From assembly GCF_964204865.1 (NCBI RefSeq), contig NC_135259.1, positions 7,192,001 through 7,256,000 of the forward strand: a stretch of 64,000 nucleotides of DNA, given 5' to 3'. Origin of the DNA: Styela clava (taxonomy: Eukaryota). Positions 1 through 10,966 of this stretch are shown one piece after another (position 1 is the stretch's first letter; each line of letters starts with the position of its first letter). Both the position numbers and the translations under genes were made by a program. The notes under the pieces were generated by a model. It saw nothing but the letters and a program-made list of their open reading frames with translations. It searched no databases and was not told the origin of the DNA.

Positions 1-114
1 AAGGCTTTGCATTCTTTTTCGTGGTCTCTGTTTGTATTGCCTTGTATTGGATTTGCTCTTAGTTCGATTTTAGCTGGGTTGGTATACTTTATAAAAAGCG
101 ACAAAAGTTCGTGA
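1..114 (+). CDS. 3' end of an SLC18B1-like MFS transporter paralog (partial, runs in from the left edge)
   Basis: Frame 1 reads KALHSFSWSLFVLPCIGFALSSILAGLVYFIKSDKSS*, which aligns to the C-terminus of 8951..10348 (KVLHSFSWALFVSSCIGFAITLILAGLVYFIKRVKSS). Downstream non-coding sequence 230..450 also matches 10458..10665. Confidence 0.85.
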   Translation, partial: KALHSFSWSLFVLPCIGFALSSILAGLVYFIKSDKSS

Positions 115-924
115 AATTGTCACATTTCAAAATGTCAAATAAGAGACCACGAAATAAATTTGCTCAAAAACTAAAAAAACAAACTCTGCCAGTCAATAAA
201 ACCCTTTATCAAATCAAGACAAAAATGCAACTACGAAGATAGTTTTTATAGCTTACTTGTCCTAATATAGATACTAGTACGCAAACTATGGTAGCAAAAA
301 TTTATTCAGCAAATGTAATGTCGCTCCAAACTTTTTATTTTTAAATTATATGACTTGCAATTGTGACGTTATGGATTATATTCGCTAGTTATTAAGCTAG
401 TAAATGTGCTTCTTCACGTGACTAATATTTTGGTCTATATCATAAGCAGATAGGCCAGGGGTCGGCAACCTACGGCCCGCGGAGCAATATAATCCGGCCC
501 GAGACGCTTCACTGAATATACCTTATTCATTAAAAACCCATCCTACGCGCAAAAAATAAAAGTGATGTAAAAAGATTTTTTTAACATTAGCTCTTATGGG
601 AAAAGTGATCACCAGAGCAGAAATTTGCATTTTTCGTAATTTTCTAGATATCTTTCATTGTATACGTGAGCAGTTTTGAGGATAGATAATTTATTTACAC
701 CTTTTTTGATAATTTTTATCATGATAAACATGGTCAAGATTTTTGATAATCGTTCATTAAAATTTTAATAAGCGCGGTGTTTCCGATGACGTCATTCTCA
801 CTAGACCATGAGATTCTGCCAACGCGCCGTGCTCTGTGGGATATGCGCTGCAAATGCGGCGCTAATGTCGCTTTGGGTCCGTGTCCGTCAGGTACTGGAA
901 GCGTTTAACATTGACAATCTAGGC

Positions 925-2395
925 CAGGGGTTCTCAAACTTTTGGTGTTGCGGAGCCCCTGAAAAGGTTGACTATTATTCGCGGAGCCCCGAAAGCAATG
1001 TTAAAATTGTAGCTTTCCGATAAATATTCCTGAGTAAGTTAAATGTACTTAACTTAATTTAAATGCTAAACCTTTTTTTAATGGGGTTAATGCAAGTCGT
1101 AAATAAATCAAAATTTCAAAGATAAATTATATATACTCTTACTAAAGCTGTAAATTTGACACTTGACAAACATATTAATAAACTAGGGGTCGAATCTTTT
1201 CCTATTTGACATTTTCGGAAGACTTAAAAGGCTGCTAATAACGAGCGCGATTGCATTTTGTTACAATCACCGATAGTTTTCGTCAGCATGGCATGTTTTT
1301 AAACATCTTTACGCCGGTGTTTATTCTCCCTAAATCAAAAATTTTCTTCGGCATATACATGTATTGTTCCACAATGACGACGATAAATGCTTTTTTGTTC
1401 TCGTGGGGAATTATGAGTTCAATGTGAAAAACATGTTCCATATAGTCATCCGCGACGAAATGCTAAAAATAATAATTAATAATAAAGAGGTTAATCCGCA
1501 ACTCAAATTTCTTGATTGAAAAACGGCATTCTAAAATATTAAAACTTAAAATAAAAGATCACACTATAAGTTTGGTTTTAGCAGACTCACGTCAGATTAA
1601 AAACGCTTTTATAGGCATTGTAAATCACAAAATTTGGTGTAATGTTAGGTTTTCTTTGGTTATTCATCATATAGTAACTGCGAAATCGAAACACAGTCAA
1701 TTGGGTGCGCGCTTTACCTTTTTTTTTATTCTGAAACTACCGACGAAGCCGCATGCATTGAAATAAATTTCAATTGTATTTTGCCCAGATCTTGTGATTT
1801 TTTAAACGGCGATATCTTGCTTAATAATAATCTCGAGTGCAAAAGAACAAATCAAGTTTGACAAATTCCAAGATCGCAAAAATATGACTCCAATTTATTT
1901 ATATTTGGCAGTATATCACGTATTTTATGTTATTTTAGAATAGTATTCTTTCATTTTAGTAATCCTAATAGTAATCTCGAATGAAACTTGAGTAACTACA
2001 ATTACAATCGTAGTAGTTGTAGTACAATTGAATTATTACGACAAGACACTTTAAATGCTCGCATCGGCCATACATTGAATATTTTACGCAACAGAAATCT
2101 CGTTATCCGTTTTTTATAATCGCAAAGAATGTTGCTCGGAGATTTCCGTTTCAAATCCCCACCTCTTGAGTATCCAGGCTGCGCTCCAGCTTATAAATAA
2201 TGTCATTTTTCAATTCCGCCTTTTTGCCATATTTCGAAGCTATATTGTTGCCAAATTTTATCAAAGCTGTTGTTGTTTCTTTGAACAGCTACAAAACTAG
2301 TCATTATTTTGAAAAGTAATCGGATAGCTCGCGGAGCCCCTGGGTATCTCTCGCGGAGCCCTGGGGCTCCGTACGGAGCACTTTGAGAACCTATG
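925..2395 (+). mobile_element. Non-autonomous hAT element, copy 1 of a tandem dimer
   Basis: TIR CAGGGGTTCTCAAAC / CTTTGAGAACCTATG, subterminal CGCGGAGCCC repeats, perfect 8-bp TSD ATCTAGGC at 917..924 and 2396..2403. Confidence 0.9.
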
Positions 2396-2403
2396 ATCTA
2401 GGC

Positions 2404-3637
2404 CAGGGGTTCTCAAACTTTTGGCGTTGCGGAGCCCTTGGAAAGGTTGACTATTATTCACGGAGCCCCAAAATAAATGTTAAAATTGTTACTTTCCGAT
2501 TAATATTCCTGAGTAAGTTAAACGTACTTTACTCAATTTAAATACTAAACCCTTTTAATAGGGTTAATACAAGTCATAAATAAATCTAAATTTCAAAGAT
2601 AAATTGTATAATACTAAAGCTGTAAATTTGACACATGACAAACATATTAATAAATTAGGCGTTGAATCTTTTCCCCTCTTGACATTTTTGGAAGACTTAA
2701 AAGGTCGCTAATAACATGCGCGATTGCATTTTGTTACAATCGCCGATTGTTTTCGTCAGCATGGCGTGTTTTTGAACCTCAAACATCCTTACGCCGGTGT
2801 TTATTCTCACTAAATCGAAAATTTCCTTCGGCATATACATGTATTGTTCCACAATGACGACGATAATTGCTTTTTCGTTCTCGTGGGGAATTATAAGTTC
2901 AATGTGAAAAACATGTTACCATATTATAATCATCGGCGACGAAATGCTAAAAATAATAGTTAATAAAGAGGTAAATCCGCAATTCAAATTTCTTGATTAA
3001 AAAGCGGCATTCTAAAATATTAGAACTAAAACTTAAAATGGAAGATAACACTATACGTTTTGTTTCAGCAGACTCACGTCAGAATAAAATTTTTCCACTC
3101 TAAAACTACCAACTACAAATCAAGTTTAACAAATCCCAAGATCGCAAAATACGACTCCAGTTTATTTATAGTTGGCAGTTTATGTTATTTTAGAATAGTA
3201 TTCTTTCATTTTAGTAATCCTAATAGTAATCTGGAATAGAACGTGAGTAACGATGAGCACAATTAAATTATTACGACAAGACACGCTCACATCGGTCATG
3301 AATTGAATATTTTACGCAACAGAAATCTCGTTATCCGTTTTTTTTTGAATCGCCAAGAATGTTGCGCATAAATTTCCGATTCCAAATTTGAACCTCCTCC
3401 CTCTTAAGAATCCTGGCTGCGCTCCTGCTTATAAATAATGTCATTTTTTGAGGCCGCCACTTTGCCGTATTTCGAGGCTATATTGTTGTCAAATTTTATC
3501 AAAGCTGTTATTGCTTTTAGGAACAGTTTTAAATTAGCCAAGTCAGTATTTTGAAAAGTAATCGAATAGCTCGCGGAGCCCCTGGGTTTCTCTCGCGGAG
3601 CCCTGGGGCTCCGTACGGAGCACTTTGAGAACCTATG
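2404..3637 (+). mobile_element. Non-autonomous hAT element, copy 2 of a tandem dimer
   Basis: Same family as 925..2395 but diverged and shorter by an internal deletion. TSD ATCTAGGC at 2396..2403 and 3638..3645. Confidence 0.9.
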
Positions 3638-6371
3638 ATCTAGGCTATAACCCATACCATTTCTATCACGTTTGTTTACTGGTTTTACGCATTTATACCT
3701 GTACAGCTAGCAATCATTTACTGAAGGCATGCTGACGTGTTATTTAAACTACCGGTATCGTACCAAGGCTGCAAGAGGTGAAAACTAAATTATTTAGTAA
3801 ATACTGAAATAGGCCTACGAACAAAAATGTTGGCCATATAGCCAATAGGCAGGACAAGTTATACGGTACCGGTATACAAAAATGATGAATATCTCCAACC
3901 TATAATGGTACAATACCGGTCTCGTAACTAGGTTAAAAACATGACTGAATACGAGAGGGAGATTTATTTTGTCAACCAGAATACAAGCATTGAATCAATA
4001 AAAATCATATACAAAACAGTTATTCGGTATAGACTGGGGAGCGATACGACCATCACAGTCAGCTCCCCCCTGCCCCCCATGTTTGCTATCAAGATTAACA
4101 GTTAATTAAGATGTTTTAACAAAAACTCCTCGGAGGAAGGGTTGACTAAGTTAGGGAATATTTTTGGATTTGGTTAAAATTGTAGTTCATTATTAAACAC
4201 TGCTTTTTTTTGTAGATTTTCACTTAGTGGACACTTAGCAAGTACGACAGTTAATTTATAAAAAAAAATTGTAAATTAATAACAAATCAGTAGAAGTCAG
4301 CTCGGGTATTCAAACATGTGATGGTTGAAGTGAGAAAATATTTGAAGTCACGTTTAGGGTATTACATTAAACAACAATGGAAAAGGTACATTGGAATCAG
4401 TCAAGCTTCAAATGCTAATGGCATTAATAAAAAGAATATTCGAATTGAAGACTGAAGTTTCCATCTGAGACATTGGAAGACGCTAAAACCTTATAGACTT
4501 GATAGTGTGGAAAGCCTTCTCACAATGCAGTAATAATTGGACATATATTTATAATATCATTATACAGGCTTTAAGTTGAACTATATGTTTAATTAAAATA
4601 TCTATCTTTACTAATAAATGCTGAAAACCATTTGTTTCAATCTGCTGAGTGATTAGGGCCAGAAATTAGCTGTAGGGACCATCACCAGGGTTGGATTTAC
4701 CAATAGGCTAGGCAGGCTGAAACCTAGATCCTCGAAATTCGGTTTCAAAGTTTGTAATTCTTTTGAAAACCCTACAAAAAGTATATATATATATCAAGCT
4801 TTTCAGAGTAGAAAATTCTGTATACAACAAGTTTCAACCACATTGTAAACAGCCATTATTGCGTCGTTTGCATCATAATAAGGGAAATTATTATTATGCG
4901 CATTCTACTGGAAGTTTCTTTGTTAAAGTATGACTGTAGCGGTTGTTTGATCAAAGAAATTGTAAGCAAAACTGCCTCAAGTAAATTATCATTCTTTTAA
5001 TTAAAAATTCACACCCATGAATGGGGAGAATGAAAAGTTTAATGCTTTCATATTTTTACATTTTAAGCAATTAAATGTGGTGTTGTTTAGAGAGAAATTC
5101 TGAGCTCAAAAATATGGTCTCATGGTCTACATCCAGCCCTGAACATCACCAATTTTGGGATAGGTACAGTGCATGGTAGGTACCGTCAACATATGAACTG
5201 AGTTAGGCCATTGGATTTTGAAAGGTGTACCAGAAATGTACATGGAATTCATGAAATATATAACATCTAATTAAAACCAAAATAGGTCTTTCGTTGAACG
5301 CCAGTTGTGGTCCCGGTACCGGTATTCCAGTATTCTGTTATCACAAGCGGTCGGAGCACATATCCCACAGAGCACGGCGCGTTGGCAGAATCTCATGGTC
5401 TAGTGAGAATGACGTCATCGGAAACACCGCGCTCATTAAAATTTCAATGAACGATTATTAAAAATCTTGACCATGTTTATCACATTAAAATTATAAAAAA
5501 AGATGTAAAAAATATTCTATCCTCAAAACTGCTCACGTATACAATGAAAGATATCTAGAAAATTACATAAAATGCAAATTTCTGCTCTGGTGATCACATT
5601 CCCATAAGAGCTAATGTTAAAAAATATTTTTTTACATCACTTTTTTTTTGCGCGTAGGATGGGTTTTTAATAAATAAGGTCTATTATAGTAACAAATTAT
5701 AGCTGTTTTGTCGATTATATTTTTTACGCAAAAGAATTTACGAGTAGACTAAATTATATTATAGCGTAACAAGTATAAAATTCGCAATTACTCGTTCATT
5801 AAGCCTATAAGTTTAGATAAATTACAACAAAACGCAGGGAAGTTGATGCTAGGTGTAAATGGTTTAATGGCGCAAAAAATATTCAAATGTTCAGTCTTCG
5901 CGCGCTAAAAGTTAACTTCTGATCTGTGTTACAAAATGTGATTCATCGGTCATTCATTCGATTTTTAACTTTCTAAAAATATGTGCGGCCCACCAATGAT
6001 TTGCAACCGTTAATTTTGGCCCGCGAGCGACAAAAAATCGCCTACCCCTGATGAAGTCCTTTATATTTAAAATTTTGACAAATGTCAAAATATTAGACCA
6101 AGCATGACTTAGCTCGCTATACAAGGAAAAATTTTCATTATATTTGGTATAAAATGCTATAAAAGAATAAACAACATTGTCAAACCGGCAAAAAAAAGCT
6201 GCAAATGAACAAAGAAATGTGTCATTGAATCGGGTTCGTAATACTGGAGTTAACGGTTCTACACTATTTACTTGCAACTGCAAATATATACTATAAAATA
6301 ATATAAAAAAAAGGTACTACATTAAAAATAAAACAGTATAGAAAGATGCTAAAATTATGAAATTCTTTTTC

Positions 6372-6612
6372 TCAAGCTTCTATTGGGCCGGAAATAAGAT
6401 GTACAATAAGATAAATATGTTGTGCCGGTAATCGAAATTTAAATGCACTTTGCCGATATCTATCGAAATCTGCATTGTCATACCAAACACCCTGTCTCCT
6501 GTCCGGTGTAAGCCAATGGTACATATCTCTGCACCATAGCGTATTTTGATTGAAGTTGTTTGTAGTTATTAAATGAAAATACACACAATTATTTCACTTA
6601 CACAAGAACAAA
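6372..6612 (-). pseudogene. Truncated duplicate of the 3' exons of the FAM166-like gene
   Basis: QNTLWCRDMYHWLTPDRRQGVWYDNADFDRYRQSAFKFRLPAQHIY matches exon 3 of 10967..14828. It is then fused by deletion to the last codons (GPIEA* vs RPIGA*). The acceptor is mutated (ttttcat instead of ttttcag) and there are no upstream exons. Confidence 0.85.
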
Positions 6613-6980
6613 AACAGTATAATGTATAGAGTTGCCGTCTTTTCATTCGAGATGCCAATATGCTTGCAATCCATGTAAGTGTATTTTTATATCTTATCGT
6701 CATATACTTTTTTCATTTTTTAACGATTAGATCACAAACGGCTGTATGTAAAATAATAATCAAGTAACATCATATTAGTAACTTTACGTAAACGGTATAA
6801 ACCTTGCTCGCTCGGAGCTGATCAACAATGTAGTACGCTATTTTGAATCAAATTATTGTCTTGATCACAATTTTCAGAAAAGGTATCTTTCATTCGGAAA
6901 ACAAGTACTATGAATTAATTTTTAAACAGTAATATTGCTCTGTCGCATTTGATTCAATAACAACTGAAATACGTTAATAG

Positions 6981-7199
6981 GGTTTCATTACATTTGAACC
7001 CGTGTACATTAGAACCCACGTACATCTAAACCCACGGCAATTGCACCTGCATACTATTGCACCTATGGAAATTTTTTTTGTTTTACGGATATTTGAACCC
7101 GTACTAACCCTAACCCATGGGTTTTAGCACCCGCATATAGATTGAACCCGCGGATATATACATGGGTTCAAATGTACATGGTTCAAATGTACGGTCACC
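6981..7199 (+). mobile_element. MITE family A (ACATTTGAACCC internal repeats, CCCTAACCC core, 9-bp TSD)
   Basis: GG...CC termini; 9-bp TSD CGTTAATAG on both sides; other copies at 14340, 53497 and 62722. Confidence 0.85.
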
Positions 7200-8950
7200 C
7201 GTTAATAGAGTTATATATAACTCGACTGAGCACTCCACTTCTTATCACATGCCTCTTAGAAAATACCCATCGACTAAGCATACATTTTTCTTTTACGTAA
7301 AAGTTGCGGATTCATCATCTAGCTAAAGAATTCATCAGCTTTGTGGTATCCGATGCATACGACGCTAGCTTGAGATGAGTTGTGACAGCGATCGACGGGT
7401 TATCCAAAAATGACAAGAACAACTTGTCTATTATGATCGTCTTTATACTAGTATTACATTCAGAAAATTCAGTACAAATCCATGTATAATCGACATTATG
7501 ACGATCTCGGTCAAAGGAAAAATGTCGCTCATAATTTTTATATATACCTATAAAAAGCTGTGTTTTACTTTCATTTATAAATATACTTTTTACATTTATA
7601 ATGCATTATATATAAAGTTTTCTAAAGTAAACTAAGAATGAATGTAAATAGATTCTGTTTTTTATTCGCAGAAAAAAGTATTTTAACACGCGACAACCAA
7701 TATTATAGAACCTTGTTTCAGATGCTTTTCAATCTCCAGTGGATCTACATTCTACAGCAATGAAAAAGACTACTGAGAAAAGATACACAACAGTGGTAAA
7801 TGGTAGTAAGGATTTGTTCAGGAATATTTTCTCCAAATTAAGTATACAATCTTGCCAAGCTGCCCTTGTTCGAAACAACATGATTGGCAATGTAGTACCG
7901 AAATTGTTATTATGCAGCGAAATATCTGTTTCATGGAACCGTATGATCGCGAATATAGTACCTGAAAATATCGGACAGATATGTATATACCAGGAGGATA
8001 TTATTGATCTCTGGTTTGCCGGGCTCTTTGACTTTTATGGTAAATTTATATGTAAAAAAATTAAACAACGACCGACACGTTATACAGCACAGCCATAACG
8101 TAGTAACGATGAGTAAAAAGACCAGGATGGATTGACCGATCACAACAACGTCAGTTTAATTATGATAACCTATCGCGCCCATATATACACAAGGCAAGTC
8201 GTTATGAACAAAAATCGTTAATGGGCATGTGAAGTCTTTATATAAACTCGGTACACTTAGATTTTGTGAATCAGTTTCGTCGTGTTATTCAACATGATTT
8301 TAGATAGCTTTGAACCGGAAACGATTATATTACACATATGGCGGCCCATTTTGTGTGGTTTTAAAATGAATCACAAGCATCTAGTCATTCTAGTGCATAA
8401 AAAGGGCAGGCTGTAAACCTGAAATTAGGAATAGGAAATCCGTTGCCTCATGACTCGGTATATACACATAGTTCAATAGAAAAGACAGGCTGATGAGCAA
8501 TGCTGTAAAATGTTCATCTTTTATGGTATAGTCACTAGTGTAATATGTGATTTTAGCAGCAGGGCCAGACATGCATTTATGTATCAGAATATGAAATAGG
8601 CAAAAACGTTCATAAAATTTCCGATGTAAATGTCCTTCATGTAACTAAACGCTATTCAGACGAAGCCCAGTATGGATCGCAGATTATTTAGCGGTTGAGT
8701 CAACGCACGATTTGACGTACCCGCATTTGAAGAGGATTTTGTTGGTTTAATACGCCGAGTCTTGCTTGTTGAAAATTAGATCGTTGTCTATTGTATCATT
8801 TGCTTCTCCTGCATGATAACCTATGTTATCGAAACATTCTTGTCGAGCGTTTGTATTACAAACGCATAGAAGTCTTCACCGTGAGTCAATTTTTAAAACT
8901 ACTTAGTCTACCTTAACTAGAAACATTCGTGGATAGGGCAGACTGGAAGA

Positions 8951-10348
8951 ATGCCGGGTCGTGAGACAGAACCTCTTGTTACACTGCCATTGCAAGGCGA
9001 CTACAATGACGAATACAATGACGAATACACAACGCCCGTGTCAGAATCTGATATGGAAGCAACCACTCCATCAAAGTTAATTTCAAGAAAAGAACCTCAA
9101 AGCAACATATCACTATGGGATGACACTGACGTTAGACAAAAGCTGCTTCTTATGGATTTGATGCTAATGGATTTCCTAACGTTATTTTCAAGTAGCATAC
9201 CGAGTCCATTTTTTTCGCGGATAGTAATCAAAAGAGGGGGCTCGATATTGTATTCTGCTCTCATACTCCAAAGTTTGATGTTGTCCTTTTCAATTTGTTG
9301 TGTAATTTTCGGTAAATATCTCCCTTCTATGGGAATCAAGAAAATGTTTGTCGGCGGATTGGCAACATTTGGCTTGTGCCAAGTTATATTCGGATTATTG
9401 CATTTTGTTATGGATATCAAAGCATTTACAGGATTAGGAATATTGATACGTGTCTTCCAAGGAGCTGGAGAAGCTGCATTTGCAATATCTTCCATGAGTG
9501 TAATGTGTGAGGAATATCCAGCCCACATTACCAAAGTTTTTGGATTTACAGAAGCTATGGTTGGGGTAGGTTATCTTATGGGACCAATTTTTGGAGGTGG
9601 GATGTTTGACACTTTAGGCATGCTACTGCCTTTGGTACTTTCGGGAGGTATAGTCATATTAGCTATACCATGTCATTTCTTTTTGTTGCGGCCATACACA
9701 CACGAGGAAAATGCAGAAAGTGGGGAGTTCAATGTATTGGATTGGTTATCTAATCCTTACATAATTTCTGTTTTGTGTTCAGTGGCCACCGTGTTCGGAA
9801 CATTTGGATACATTGATGTTGCAATTACTACTTACTTAGAAAAACTTGGATTTACTGCCACAACTGTAGGATTGGTTTTGTTCACCGTCGGGCTAAGTTA
9901 TTGCATTGCAGCAGCTTTGATAGGATATATTGTTAGTTTCAAAGTATGGGTGAGAAAAGTATCTATGACTGTTGGATTCATCGGGTTTTCTTTAGTCCTG
10001 ATGGTGTATGTTCCAAAGCAATTGACGTCCTTAATTTATGTTGGATCGTCCGCACTGGGTATATTTGGCGCCCTAGGCACGGTACCTGCTTTTGAAGATT
10101 TGTTGCCAAGTGACCCTAGCTTAGAAATACATAGTGCAATTTCGGGTGCTTGGTATGGTTGCATCGGACTCGGCATGTTCGTTCTGCCACTAATAGGCTC
10201 TGCAATTCACAAAGTTTTGCATTCATTTTCGTGGGCTCTGTTTGTATCATCTTGTATAGGATTTGCAATTACTCTGATTTTAGCTGGATTGGTATACTTC
10301 ATAAAAAGAGTCAAAAGTTCGTCACATTTAAACGATCTGGTTGATTAA
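8951..10348 (+). CDS. MFS transporter, SLC18B1-like, intronless, 465 aa
   Basis: About 12 hydrophobic segments. Motifs resemble SLC18B1 (PFFSRIVIKRG, FGKYLPSMGIKKMFVGG, IRVFQGAGEAA, GFTEAMVGVGYLMGPIFGG). Acidic N-tail with a dileucine-like ETEPLV. Confidence 0.88.
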   Translation: MPGRETEPLVTLPLQGDYNDEYNDEYTTPVSESDMEATTPSKLISRKEPQSNISLWDDTDVRQKLLLMDLMLMDFLTLFSSSIPSPFFSRIVIKRGGSILYSALILQSLMLSFSICCVIFGKYLPSMGIKKMFVGGLATFGLCQVIFGLLHFVMDIKAFTGLGILIRVFQGAGEAAFAISSMSVMCEEYPAHITKVFGFTEAMVGVGYLMGPIFGGGMFDTLGMLLPLVLSGGIVILAIPCHFFLLRPYTHEENAESGEFNVLDWLSNPYIISVLCSVATVFGTFGYIDVAITTYLEKLGFTATTVGLVLFTVGLSYCIAAALIGYIVSFKVWVRKVSMTVGFIGFSLVLMVYVPKQLTSLIYVGSSALGIFGALGTVPAFEDLLPSDPSLEIHSAISGAWYGCIGLGMFVLPLIGSAIHKVLHSFSWALFVSSCIGFAITLILAGLVYFIKRVKSSSHLNDLVD

Positions 10349-10966
10349 AAGACAGCGAAATGAACTTGCTCAACAGCTATAATACGAACTCTGCCAATCC
10401 ACTGTCACTGCCAATCATCAGAGATCCGGTATCAATTCAACACAAAAAATTAACTCTGAAGACAGCTTTTAGAGCTTACTTGTCCTAATATAGATACTAG
10501 TGTGCAAACTATGGTAGCAAAAATATACTCAGCAAATGTAGTGTCGCTCCAAACTTTTTATTTTCAATTATTTGATTTATAATTGTGAAGTTATGAACTA
10601 TATTTGCTAGTTATTAAGTGCGTCAATGTGTTTCATCACGTGCCTAATATTTTGGTCTATACCAGGAGCATGCATGTATTTTAAAGTTTGACAAATGTCA
10701 AAATATTAGACCAAGCATGACTTAGTCCGCTATATCGGGGAAGCCTATCATTATATTTGGTATAAAATGCTACAAAAAATAAATCGCATTGTCAACCAGG
10801 CAAAAAATAGTTGCAAATGAATAAAGAAATGTGTTATTAAATCTGGTTCATAATACAGGAGTTCACGGATTTTACAGTATTCACTTGTAACTGCAAATAT
10901 ATACTATAAAATAAAAAACGTACTATATTAAATATAATACAGTATAGAGAGATGGAATTTTTATTG

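Larger units (their letters stand above)
518..5682. mobile_element. Long-TIR non-autonomous DNA transposon inserted in the outer hAT
   Basis: About 330-bp inverted repeats at 518..848 and 5354..5682, each flanked by AT (at|atacc ... ggtct|at). No transposase ORF visible inside. An AT TSD would fit an ISL2EU/PIF-Harbinger-related group (inference). Confidence 0.75.
456..6050. mobile_element. Non-autonomous hAT-type DNA transposon (outer element of a nested insertion)
   Basis: Termini CAGGGGTCGGCAA / TCGCCTACCCCTG with subterminal GGCCCGC motifs. The whole block is absent from the paralogous region near 10665. No clean 8-bp TSD (agataggc vs atgaagtc). Confidence 0.75.

Noticed and set aside
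808-6283. ORFs 808..1023, 1512..1766, 3404..3655 and 5954..6283
   Set aside because: They lie in or across non-autonomous transposon sequence, have no recognisable domains, and are not preserved between element copies.
6981-7199. CRISPR-like or telomeric array suggested by short repeats
   Set aside because: Eukaryotic context, no unique spacers or cas genes; the repeats are subterminal motifs of a TSD-flanked MITE.
9097-10344. ORFs 9097..9534 (-) and 10150..10344 (+)
   Set aside because: Antisense or alternate-frame shadows of the MFS CDS.
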